The notes: a model not told the origin generated them from the sequence alone. Shown: positions 1-11,519, counted from the stretch's first letter. The stretch: DNA of 33,723 nucleotides from Octopus sinensis (GCF_006345805.1 NW_021832049.1:1-33723); one strand, 5' to 3'. Numbers and translations: made by a program.

Positions 1-214
1 ATTTTTCACAAGTCCAGCCAGTATGTATTAATATACGTATCATTCATATATATATATACACATACATATCAACACTTATATAGATATAGAACCTTATGGA
101 CGTGAAACCCTGGGTTACCCCATAGACCGGTCATGATGGTTTTATCTAATTAATCTACTGCTCTATAACATAGTGTGTTTCTCTTTCGGATTTATGATTT
201 ACTGTCGATATATA

Positions 215-480
215 ACAATTGCAGTGTGGAAGGTGTTTATAAGCCAGTTAAGAAACATACAAAAAGCGTTAGATTAACTTCAACATTTAAATTGAATTTG
301 CCAAAATATTTTGGTCGCTTTGAGACCGTGACCTGTTCACTGACAAAATTCCGTGCTGACAAATTTAATTTAAATGTTGAAGTGAATCTAACGGTTTTTG
401 CGTGTTTCTTAAATGGACTGTAAATACCTTCCACGCTGCAATTGTTTTAGTTCCAGCACACGAGCTCAGATCAGGTCACT
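215..480. mobile_element. Non-coding fold-back insertion (PLE pseudo-LTR-like module, inverted pair) with 12-bp TSD
   Basis: 215-~303 is the reverse complement of 357-~445. Direct repeat TGTCGATATATA lies at 203-214 and 481-492. Same family as the copies at 8141-8758. Confidence 0.8.
297..347 (-). ncRNA. Degenerate minimal hammerhead ribozyme motif (G3:C8 family)
   Basis: Minus strand TTTGTCA-GTGAACA-G-GTCAC-ggtctcaaa-GCGAC-CAA-AATATT-T-TGGCAAA. G12 is mutated to C and stem II has one mismatch. Confidence 0.55.
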
Positions 481-502
481 TGTCGATATATATGTATGTA
501 TA

Positions 503-557
<55 letters not shown>

Positions 558-559
<2 letters not shown>

Positions 560-760
560 GTTTGTGTTTGCCCCCTCCCCCAACATCGCTTGACAAACGA
601 TGCTGGTGTGCTTACGTCCCCGTAACTTAGCGGTTCGGCAAAAGAGGCCAATAGAATAAGTACTAGGCTTACAAAGAATAAGTCCTGGGGTCGATTTGCT
701 CGACTAAAGGCGGTGCCCCAGCATGGCCACAGCCATATAACTGAAACAAGCAAAAGAATA
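558..760 (+). mobile_element. Octopus-type SINE, 3' half (family A)
   Basis: CGTCCCCGTAACTTAGCGGTTCGGCAAAAGA...GGGGTCGATT...CCAGCATGGCCACAG...CTGAAACAAG(AAAAGAATA). Homologous copies recur at ~7861, 10808, 12030, 15745, 24643 and 28165. Confidence 0.8.
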
Positions 761-831
761 TATATATATGTATACGTATATGTATATGTATATATATATA
801 TATCTACATATACATATATATAAATAAAAGA

Positions 832-922
<91 letters not shown>

Positions 923-3519
923 AAATTTATAGTACAAAAAAAGACAGGTGTATGAACAGCAAGCATGTGTATAGTTTGACACGCGGGGAAATGAAAAATG
1001 AAAAAGTCTTTTACGTCTGGAGCTTATGCTCTTCAAAAAAAGGAATAAAAGAGGAAAAAACAGATAGAGAATGAAAAAAAAAAACTGTAGATTTAGCGGT
1101 CAGGCATGACGGCTGATAAGAGAAAAGAGTTTGAAAGAAGAGGTTGGAAGAAAGGGAGATAATAAAGTGAATGTGACTCCAACTGAAGGTGCGTGTGTGG
1201 TGGTGTGTATGTGAGAATGGTGTGTTTGAATGTGCAAGTCTGTGTGTGTGGATAGGGGCCATTGACTTAGTCAAATTTTTTACAAGTCTATATGTGTGTG
1301 TGTGTGTGTGTCCGTGTGTGTGAGAGCGAATAGAAAGAGAGAGATGATATATAAGTGAGTGATATAAAAAAAGTATGTATCTATTTTTATGTATGTATGT
1401 ATGTACGTATGTATATATTTATATACACATTGTATCTATGTATGTATGTGTATGTATAAATATGTGTAGATAAACCTACATACACACTTAGTGAAGATTA
1501 TGTGTGTGTGTGCGTGCGTGTGTGGATGATGGTGTGTGGTGTGGGTGCTGAGAAGTGGTCAATGGTAGTGTGTCTGGAGTGGTGTGTGGTGGGTAGGAGT
1601 TAGGGGCAGGGGATGTAACAAGGAAGAGAGGAAATGGGGAGGAGTGGAACACACATTATACACGTAAGTATATACACATTATACACACATTATACACGTA
1701 AGTACGTATGCATGACTGTATATATGAAGTTATTTTTTCAAATCCATTAGTAATGCGGGCAGAGTCTAGAAAATTCTAGAAACGTATGTATTCCTGAGAG
1801 GCTGGTGTCCGTACTCATTGTATTCTGCTTGTCTGTTAGCACATTAATTGCGTGTGAGTATGTGTGCGCATGCATAAATATGTATGTTTATACGTACCTG
1901 TGCGTTTGTCTGTCGTGAGGGGGTGTGTGTGTTGACGTTTTGTGTTTGCGTTTAAAATGAATACGAGAAACACGATGACAAGAACTTGTATTGTGATGGC
2001 GGCTATATTGTCTCATTTATGAGATTAACGTTAAATGGAATCTATGGAAATAAGTCATAAATGCAGCGATAACTGGAATATAAAAAGTGCCCTATATATG
2101 CAATAGAAGAAAGATAATCATACCATATTCCATATCAGGTACGTGTACTTGTACGGTGGGCGGTGTATGTGTGGAGGTATGCATGGATTTAATGTATCAT
2201 AATGTGTATGCATATATATGTTGGTGGTGTGTGTGTATATATATGTATGCATGTATATATATATATATATATATTATATATATTATATATATATGTAATT
2301 ATATATATACATATATATATGTAAATATAATTATATATATATAAATATAAACATGCATACATATGTATATGTATACCATATGCCTGTGTATGTGTTTATT
2401 CATTATGTATGTATGTATATATTTATATACATTTTGTATCTATATATGTTTGTGTGTATGTATAAATACGTGTAGACATACCTACATACATACTTAGATA
2501 CATACGTTCTTACGTACAGATATACATGTATATATGCATACACATGCAAACATATATGCACACATATATACATACAGACATACATACATAACTAGGGCAC
2601 AACTGTGTATTTGTAAGTATATTGTGAACATTTAATAAAAGTGTGTTAGTTAAAGAATGGAGGATTGAAAATTGAATGAAAGATAGTGAGAGGGAATAGA
2701 AAGAGATGGGTGGGGGAAAAAAGTGAGTGATATAAAAAAAACATGGCAAAGAGATTGTGATGGGGATGCTGATGAATAAGAAGGGGAAAAATATTCCATT
2801 GATGTTCTCCATCATTGTTCAACTGAAAGAATTTAAAGAAGTGAAAATTACGATGTAACATATTTCTTACTTTCTTACCGGAAGTGTATTTTTACGCTTT
2901 TATCTTATTAAAAGTCGCTCATTTGAAAAGGATATAATTGCATTTTTTCTTAATTTGAGGTTTGTTATAAATATTACTGCATGAGCTAATCACTAAGTTT
3001 TCTCTGCCATATGAAATAATTCAGTTAGTTTACAGTATCGTAAAATATAACAAAACTGAAAAGCCTTTTTCTTGTTTTAGATATTCCAAGAATTATCAAG
3101 GAAAGTTACTTTCTGATTTTTTTTTTCACTTTTTGTGTGTGTGGTAGACAAAAAAATATATCTCGTTCCATACTCATTATTTTTCTTTCAGTATTTGACA
3201 GCCTAAATTTTTAGGTGTGCAGAAGCAATGCTTTGGTATGAATCAAGAGAAAATTTATCGTGAGTGAAAGATAGCTTACTGTATAATTTTACACTACTTG
3301 CTTCTTAAACTACGTTATATGTTTAACGCGTGGCTAAGCAATGCATCCTACATGATCGTTGTGCGTCACAAGATCAACTCTGTGTCATCTCTTCTCTTAA
3401 AGCAAAGACAAAAAAAATGACATACATCCTTAAAGCAGAGAATAAAGTAGCAGTACAGTATCTGTCGAAAATGGTTGAGAGTTACAGGACTTGGGCGAGA
3501 CGTAATTCTTTCTAATATT

Positions 3520-3888
3520 AGTACCAGACCAGCGAATGTGACGGGAGGGGCCAAGCCGAATACATCGAACCCCAAAACTTTGATTTATACTTTATTTTAT
3601 CGTCATTGAAAGGTTGAACCGCAGACTTGGCCTCGGCAGGATTTGAGCTCGGATTTAAAGAGACGAAAGTAATATCCTTTCTACTATTGCTATAAGACCT
3701 GAAACTTTGGCGAAGTGGGTAATCGATTACATCGACCACGATGTTCAACTGGTATTTATTTCATCGACCCCGAAAGGATGAATGTCAAAGTCGACCTCGG
3801 TGGAATTTGAACTCAGAACGTAAGGACGGACGAAATGCCGCTAAGCATGTTGCCTAGTGGGCTAACGTCTCTTCCAGCTCGTCGCCTT
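3520..3888 (-). mobile_element. Two tandem tRNA-derived SINE copies (family B), the left one older
   Basis: Minus strand GGCGACGAGCTGGAAGAGACGTTAGC...GAGTTCAAATTCC (B box)...CCTTTCGGGGTCGAT. Matches 14206-14444. Confidence 0.75.
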
Positions 3889-4739
3889 AGAGCCGAAAGT
3901 AATATCAATAAGCATTTGATCTGCTGCACTATCGGTTCCGGCAGCCCACCACCTTTTGACTGAGTGATAATGAGGTTAGTAAATAAGGGCTCGTTAGACG
4001 CCATATTTGGCAATAATTTATAGAGAATAATGCAGTGTAAGAAGAGACAGGAGCAAAAATATTCCAAAGCCGCATAGCCAATCTGTATGAGGTCGGGTTA
4101 AAGGAAGAGTAACTGTCATCTGTCCAACTGGTAAAATCTATCGTCTGCTCTTTGGTAACGTGACATAATGCCATAAGAAACTAATTTTAGACGTTACTTC
4201 CACGTGATGTAAATGAATATATTTAATTCCTATGAAGAAATTTGTAATTGACAGAAAATTAATTATAATTTGCTAATTATAACACGATTAGCAATGATAA
4301 ACAGTGAAACAAAAAAACATTAACTTAAAAACGTTTCCTTGAATTTTTATCGTCTGTCATACATAAATATCTGCGCCAGCAATAGCAACTACAACGACAA
4401 TAAATCTTTAATTTGACTACACACGTCCTTCACGCTCATTTTATGCCACATTCCCGAAACCCAAAGGCAGGAACAATAACAAAAACAACAAGAAAAACAG
4501 AAACAGTAACAGGAACAAGTATAACAGAAACAACAACAAGAACAGCTACAATAACACAGGAACAACAACAAGCATAGCGTCAATACCGGAAGCAACAATA
4601 TCGGCGTCGACTGCAATAGGAAATGCCGTAACAACTAGACGCACATACATCCATTCATATATCCATACATGCAGAAACATATATGGATAGATAGACATAC
4701 ATATAAATACACACACATACAAGCATACATACATACACA

Positions 4740-4826
4740 CATGCATACATAAATACATGAATTGTTACATACATATACTATACATATATATACGTATATA
4801 TATCTATATATATATATATATATACG

Positions 4827-4868
<42 letters not shown>

Positions 4869-5247
4869 ATATATAATATATGTACATACACACATACATA
4901 ATACATACATACATACATGCATACATACATACATACATACATACATACATACATACATACATACATACATACATAAATGCATACTTACATACATGTATGT
5001 ATCTGTAAGTCAAAAAGGCCAGTCTGGTCGCATTCTGTGTCGCGTTGAATCTCTTTGAGAACTACGTTAAGGGGACGCGTGTCTGTGGAGTGCTGCCTAT
5101 TCCGTTGATCGGATCAACTGGAATCTTCTTCGTCGTAACCAACGGAGATCCACACACACACCATCATGTATGTATGTATGTATGTATGTATGTATGTATG
5201 TATGTATGTATGTATGTATGTTGTATGTATGTATATGTATATGTATA

Positions 5248-5283
<36 letters not shown>

Positions 5284-5410
5284 CACATACATACCTATAT
5301 ACCTACCTACATACTACATACATACATACATACATACATACATACATACATACAGACATACATACATACATACAGACATACATACATACATACATACAGA
5401 CAGACAGACA
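4740..5410. repeat. (TA)n/(CATA)n/(TATG)n microsatellite cluster
   Basis: Directly visible tandem di- and tetranucleotide arrays; source of the YI/HTYI/MYVC ORFs. Confidence 0.95.
5015..5150 (+). mobile_element. 3' tail fragment of SINE family D
   Basis: GAATCTCTTTGAGAACTACGTTAAGG...GTGTCTGTGGAGTGCT...CAACTGGAA...CGTCGTAACC matches the minus strand of 32978-33140. Confidence 0.7.
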
Positions 5411-5803
5411 GACATCGTATATGTTATTCAACAGGGGAAATAGCATTTTAAACGTAGATGAAGTTCTCTTGAGTGAGTTCTCTGACTGTAAAACTGTTCC
5501 TTGTCATCCAATGGTACATAGATTAATTTGCTTGCAGTAGAAGCTTCATTACACCAACTCAGTTTTATACACAAGTGCATATCCCGAAAACTAGATAATG
5601 CCAACGTTAACAGGAACCGTAGCCTTTCCCAAATAAGTGATACATATATCATATTCAACCTAGAAATGGTAAATTTTCGTTATCGATAAATTGGTGACAG
5701 TTACTAAATATTTTATCGATAAAAGACCTACAGATGCCTTCAGGCTTTTACTTTCCTATTAAAGAAAATATCGATTATGCCATACCAGTGTGAAAGATTT
5801 CGT

Positions 5804-6000
5804 CTATATAATCAACAGCTGCATTAAATCTCTGCAACTACTAACCTCCCACAGGACATTGTTAATCAAATCATTTACAATGCAATTGCCGAGAATGTAT
5901 TCTTTCTCGGCAAAGCACAAACTGCAAGGTTTTGAGATGTTGGCAACACTAAAGATGTACGAAAACCAAAATATAAAAGTAATTAGTGGTTTAACACCTC
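5804..6000 (-). pseudogene. Decayed C-terminus of a Penelope-like GIY-YIG endonuclease
   Basis: Minus-strand translation of 5947-5804 gives VANISKPCSLCFAEKEYILGNCIVNDLINNVLWEVSSCRDLMQLLII*. It aligns by eye to YTNGSGRCGLCDMERWLI...LNTRTELFGSCPHVTKFLL at 20297-20440 (CxLCxxE...N...SC). Confidence 0.6.
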
Positions 6001-6829
6001 AATATAAACAACAAGCAGGTGCAAATATAACAGGCCTTATATTATTCTCAGGGTGTGGGAACACAAGTCAAACGCAGGTTTGTAAAGAGATCACTTGCCC
6101 AGCGTGTGTGAAAGGCTCGTCTAAAACTGGAAAGAAAACAACAAAAAGTATGATGAATTTATAAGAAACTTACAGTTCATGGAATATAGGCTATAGATTT
6201 TTATTCACACCTTTTATCATAGATACACTGGGATATGTAACAACAGATTGGCATAAAAACCTCGAAAGTCTTGGTAGGTTTCCAAGAATGAACAAAGTAA
6301 ACTGCCTTGCATCCTTCAAATCTAATCGTTTCTTCACTGCACAGTGAAGATTTGTAAAACTTTCCAACATTCTTGTTTGTGTTCTTTGAAATAAACACAT
6401 ATGCAAAATTATATGTATGTATAATAGACATACACTGATTTAAAGAGAAATCACATTTCCGCAAATACCTGCAATAGGGAGATGTGAATAAGATATAAAT
6501 TGCATTGCACAAAAGGGCATTTATTTTCTTATCTACACATACATGCATACATACATACATTCATATATGAATGGACAAACGAAACAAAGTGGCGCCTACA
6601 CATTTGGTAGGAGTTGCATATACTATAACAATAATATATATACGCATGCACACGCGCACACACCACCACATACACACATACACACACACGTGCGAGATAC
6701 ACACACTAACAATGTTGCTAATAAGCCATACCACACTTTCCATACAGAGAATCGCCAGCTATACTTTAACATACGAGCCTAGCACGAGGTCCTAGGAACA
6801 TGACTATGAAGTGAGGCCACTGCAAAATT

Positions 6830-7041
6830 GGTTTGACATTTAGGCACAAGGCCAGCAATTTCGGGGAAGGGGCTAAGTCGGCCACATCGACTGTAATGCT
6901 AAATTGGTACTTATTTTATTGACCCAGAAATTCGAAAGGCAAAGTCGACACCAGTTTCATTTGAACTCAAAATGTGAAGATGAACGAAATGCACCCAAGC
7001 ATTTCACTCGACGTGTAAACGATTCTGCCAGCTCGCCGCCT
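6830..7041 (-). mobile_element. tRNA-derived SINE (family B)
   Basis: Minus strand starts GGCGGCGAGCTGGCAGAATCG and has a GAGTTCAAAT B box; homologous to 14206-14444. Confidence 0.75.
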
Positions 7042-7522
7042 TATACCACGACAATATCAACGACAATAGCGGTCCAACATCCAGAAGCTATATTGGACTT
7101 CTCCTCATTCAGTCACCAGAAGCAAGACGGTATTAGTCCGCTTGATGTGACAACTAAATTTTAAAGTGCAAGGAGCCGTGTCAAACTTAAATTAATATAT
7201 ATATATATATATTATATATATATATATTATTACACACACACACACATATCGTCTGGCTTATGGAGACCGAATGTGACAAGTTCAAAGAAGCATTTAGTCC
7301 ATGCCATCACCTAAAATGTTTCCTACTTGGAATACCCGATTCTTTGAATAGGCCCACTGCAGTTTGTTCGATTATTACCACGGCCGGAACCAACGTAAAG
7401 GAGACAACCCAGTACCCACTGCTGAACCGCTGCATGGAAAAATATGCATTTGTGTACCAACCTAACTGACCGAGACGTATTTTCTTCCTCCAGTTGTAGA
7501 GAGGTTATGCACTTTCAGACAT

Positions 7523-7602
7523 TTGAATCCGACGAGTCACCTATAGTGCTAAGTGCCTTATAGGTGCGAAACCAATAATCACTCTATGACTGGCCATAAC
7601 AA
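7523..7602 (+). ncRNA. Degenerate hammerhead-like motif with long stem II
   Basis: CCGACGA-G-t-CACCTATAG-loop-TTATAGGTG-C-GAAA-CCA...TGG-CC. Changes U4C and U16.1C; stem I is weak. Confidence 0.5.
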
Positions 7603-7860
7603 TTAACTTCCTATATATATATATATCATAATAGAAAATTTAGACAAATACGTATAATTAGATTAGTGTGTTTAAATGTTGAGTAGAGCACTGGCACAGT
7701 TTAGGCTACCTCTTGTCATTCGTAGTTGTGGTACACTTCCGTTGGATTTACTTCAGGAACTTCGCAGTGGCAGTTAGGCTAATAGTATTAAATAATAGTA
7801 GGAGGTGGATTTAGCATTAGACTTTTATTAGGTAAAACATATAAATATATATATATATAC

Positions 7861-8056
7861 TTTTATTCTTTTATTTGTTTTAGTCATTTGACTGCAGCCA
7901 TGCTGGAGCATCACCTTTAGTCAAGCAAATCGACCCCAGGATTTACTCTTTGTAAGCCTAGTACTTTTCTATCGTTCTCATTTGCCGAACTGCTAGGTTA
8001 CGGGTATGTAAACACACCAACATCGGTTGTCAAGCGATGGTGTGGGACAAAGACAC
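7861..8056 (-). mobile_element. SINE family A, 3' half
   Basis: Reverse complement of the 558-760 type sequence. Confidence 0.8.
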
Positions 8057-8062
8057 TCAACA

Positions 8063-8140
<78 letters not shown>

Positions 8141-8227
8141 AACAATTGCAGCGTGGAAGGTGTGTTTATAAGCCATTTAAGAGAAACACACAAAAGCCGT
8201 TCGATTCACTCCAACATTTAAGTTTAA

Positions 8228-8277
8228 TTTGTCAAAATATTTTCGTCGCTAAAATCCGCGACCTGTTCACTGACAAA
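8228..8277 (-). ncRNA. Mirror copy of the G3:C8 hammerhead motif
   Basis: Exact reverse complement of 8295-8344. Confidence 0.7.
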
Positions 8278-8294
8278 GTCCGTACAGCACGGAC

Positions 8295-8344
8295 TTTGTC
8301 AGTGAACAGGTCGCGGATTTTAGCGACGAAAATATTTTGACAAA
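8295..8344 (+). ncRNA. Minimal type I hammerhead ribozyme motif, G3:C8 variant
   Basis: Stem I TTTGTCA(8295-8301)/TGACAAA(8338-8344); core GTGAACA(8302-8308) plus extra G; stem II GTCGC/GCGAC; GAA(8328-8330); palindromic stem III AATATT(8331-8336); H17=U8337. Confidence 0.7.
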
Positions 8345-8491
8345 TAAACTTAAATGTTGGAGTGAATCGAACGGCTTTTGTGTGTTTCTTAAATGGCTTA
8401 TAAACACCTTCCACGCTGCAATTGTTTTCGTTTCAACCCACGATCTCAGATCAAATTACTTGCTATGCGAGTACATCTCCGTAATATTATA

Positions 8492-8555
<64 letters not shown>

Positions 8556-8695
8556 TACGGAGATCTACTTGCATAGCAAGTGATTTGATCTGAGATCGTG
8601 TGCTGGAACGAAAACAATTGCAGCGTGGAAGGTGTTTGTAAGCCATTTAAGAAACACACAAAAGCCGTTCGATTCACTTCAACATCTAAGTTTAA

Positions 8696-8746
8696 TTTGT
8701 CAAAATATTTTCGTCGCTATAAGACCGCGACCTGTTCGCTGACAAA
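8696..8746 (-). ncRNA. Third G3:C8 hammerhead copy (U4C, different loop II)
   Basis: Minus strand TTTGTCA-GCGAACA-G-GTCGC-ggtcttata-GCGAC-GAA-AATATT-T-TGACAAA. Confidence 0.6.
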
Positions 8747-9700
8747 AATCCGTGCTGCGTGTATATATATACATATAGTGTACTGTTCTGTTATATGTGG
8801 GATCAACAGAAAGTACTCCACCTAGCGAGAAATAAAATTTCATTTAATATACATGGGATTCAAATTCCTGCAGCTTTTAGTTTCATGTCTCTGAAAATAT
8901 ACAACTCGCTAAGAGGAATGAAACTAATAGTTGCTGACATGTGTATACATACATACATACATACATACATACATACATACATACATACATACATACATAC
9001 ATACATACATAAATACATACATACATACATACATACATATGTTTATATATGTATACACACATACATATATATATACACACATACATGCATGTATGCATAC
9101 ATACGTACTTACAAACACATGCATACATATGTACATAGATACATACGTAATAAAACTCTTACTTACGAACATATATCCATATATAACATACCCAGAGATG
9201 TTAATAATATATAAGAAATCAGTTAGCTTACAATTTTTTTCTTTGCTTTTGCAAGCGAAAAGTCATGAATCTCCAAAGAATTGATTTTTAAGTATAATTA
9301 TAAATTAACGAAATCGTAGAAATGTGTGAAAATAATGAGCATTTCTGAAAATAGTAATGTTTCGTGATAATCAGATATAATTTGTTTAGGTTAGATATTG
9401 TTAATCATCTTTTTTTATTTATTAATTAGCATAGTCTGGAGGAAAGAGCCGTGTCTCCGGCCTTCGTCGACTCTCATAGACCGGTGAGATTAAAGAGCTG
9501 CAAATAAATGTTACAGGAAGAATCGTGTGCAGGAAAGAAAATTTCAGAGGTGGCTTCATTCTTGGTCATGAGGGGATTAGAAGACAGAATATAATCGACG
9601 TCATGAAGAGACTCGGTTGAATGCCAACAGATGTATATTCTGACACGTTTGTTTAATGATTTGGTCTTCACTACTTCTCTAAATGCCACGAAGTTTTGGT

Positions 9701-9740
9701 TTCACTGAGAAGGTTAAGTAAAGCCGAAACATGTCGTAAG
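9701..9740 (+). ncRNA. Degenerate minimal hammerhead motif
   Basis: TTCAC-TGAGAA-GGTT-aagtaa-AGCC-GAA-ACATGT-C-GTAAG. Palindromic stem III ACATGT and GUC triplet; the core is one base short. Confidence 0.5.
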
Positions 9741-10007
9741 TTATCTCTCATATTTATCTAAACAATTAAAAGAATATTAGTCAAAGATTAATTTTGAGTA
9801 TTTTTCCTCATCGTTGTACCAGCCTGTTTATGTTCCCTAAACTGAATATGTTAAATCGTTTTAAGAAACTTATGCGACTTCTTAAATATGAATTATAATT
9901 AAACCGTAATGAATGAAAAATATTCTGAAATTTGGGGGAGCCACTATATATTATAAAGTATCGTGTATAAATTTCCCGATTATAAATGTTGAATAAAGAA
10001 TATACAA

Positions 10008-10165
10008 GAAGCGGATTTGTATGTTAAGACGTTTACTTCTCAACTACATGGTTCCAGGTTCAGTCCCACTGCGAAGCACCTTGGGCAACTGTCTGCTACC
10101 ATAGCCTCGGGCCGATGAAAGCTTTGAATATAGATTTTGTAGAGGAAAACTGAAAGTCCGTTGTA
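10008..10165 (+). mobile_element. SINE family A, tRNA-like 5' half
   Basis: CATGGTTCCAGGTTCAGTCCCACTGCG...CACCTTGGGCAA...CTATAGCCTCGGGCCGA-type head, followed by (TG)n. Confidence 0.75.
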
Positions 10166-10209
<44 letters not shown>

Positions 10210-10585
10210 GTATGCTTAAACAGAGCGAACGGATGTGAGCAAATTAAACTCAATCTATATGACATATGAAAACTAAAACGCCAACTTCATCCAGGGCCAA
10301 CACCTCTGCATCGAAAATAGCTATAAAGCTAATCCTTATCGAGTTAATAAAGTAGATGGAGTTAGGCTTGAGACATATATTTACACATAGCACAAAATAC
10401 AGATTATAAAATAAAGGAATAAATATAAGGTATTATCTCAGCCAATGTGTCAATATGGCCATAATGAACGTAGTGAGCACATCCATAAAATGATTATTTG
10501 CCACTCAGCTCTTGAAAATGGAGACATAACTTACTTAAGTTCATCTTAACTTGGTGCCGGTCGCACACCTATGACATCCTGTACC

Positions 10586-10646
10586 TATTACTTATGAATA
10601 TGGTTATTATATGAATTGTGAACATCTTGAAACAGCTGTCGTGATA
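10586..10646 (+). ncRNA. Degenerate hammerhead motif
   Basis: Stem I TATTAC/GTGATA; eroded core (C)TTATGA; GAA-ACAGCTGT-C (palindromic stem III, GUC triplet); stem II is decayed. Confidence 0.45.
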
Positions 10647-10724
10647 TTTTTCTATGTTTATCTACCTTACTACTTCTGTCTCTGTCTGTCTCTCTCTCTC
10701 TGTACACACACACACACACACACC

Positions 10725-10783
<59 letters not shown>

Positions 10784-10807
10784 ATATATATAAATGTATG
10801 TATCTAT

Positions 10808-11040
10808 GTGTGTGCCTTTGTTTCGTTGTTTGTCCGCCACAACTGGTTCAAAACTGGTGTCGGGTTGTTTCCGTCCCCGCAACTAAGCGGTTCGGCAATG
10901 CAAAATCGATCGAAGAAGTACCAGGTGATAAAACAATTTAAGTACTGGGATGGATTCATTCGATCAAAACCCTTCAAGGTGGTGCTCCAGTATGGCCACA
11001 GTCTAATTACTAAAACTAGTAAAAAAAAAAGTAAGAAGCT
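10808..11040 (+). mobile_element. SINE family A, 3' half
   Basis: CCGTCCCCGCAACTAAGCGGTTCGGCAA...GGTGCTCCAGTATGGCCACAGTC. Confidence 0.75.
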
Positions 11041-11519
11041 AAAAAGGAACGTCGCGAATGTGGGAATCATCTAGTAAGGGGAAGGGTCGAATTTATTGCT
11101 ACAAAATCAAAGAAGTTAGTGGAGTTTTATTTCATATTAAACGTATTTATAGAAGTGATTTTAGAAAATATTGCAAATCTACATGCAGATATTTTAATGA
11201 TTAGCAGAATACCTATTAATATTTATGAGGAAAGTGATAATATATGCAGTACATTTTGTATATGTGTTCACATGAATGTAATGAATACGTGCGAAAGAAA
11301 TATTAATGTTTGCAGCGATATAGATGAAACAAGAGCCAAAATATCAGAATTAATGCTATGAATATGTGAATATGTGATGTAAATGTAGACAATTAGACAC
11401 CGCTTAAATTTCACAAAAATGTAAAAGCATGTTTTCAAGACTACTTACAGCGTCTCAAGTAGTGTTAGTCTGTATATGTCATGTTTTATATTCTTTTCTT
11501 TATTTTGCAGGTCTAGATC

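Larger units (their letters stand above)
8141..8758. mobile_element. Three copies of a 150-200-bp non-coding PLE pseudo-LTR-like module arranged (-)(+)(TA)n(-)
   Basis: 8141-8283 is the reverse complement of 8289-~8426. 8287-8490 is the reverse complement of 8551-8757. A (TA)n spacer occupies ~8490-8550. Confidence 0.85.

Noticed and set aside
3215-3259. Possible 45-nt exon (TTTAG ... GTGAGT)
   Set aside because: Splice-like signals are common in AT-rich DNA and the peptide is not recognisable.
5790-6164. 124-aa plus-strand ORF with a CPAC motif
   Set aside because: Better explained as the antisense of the PLE endonuclease relic; no other supporting motifs.
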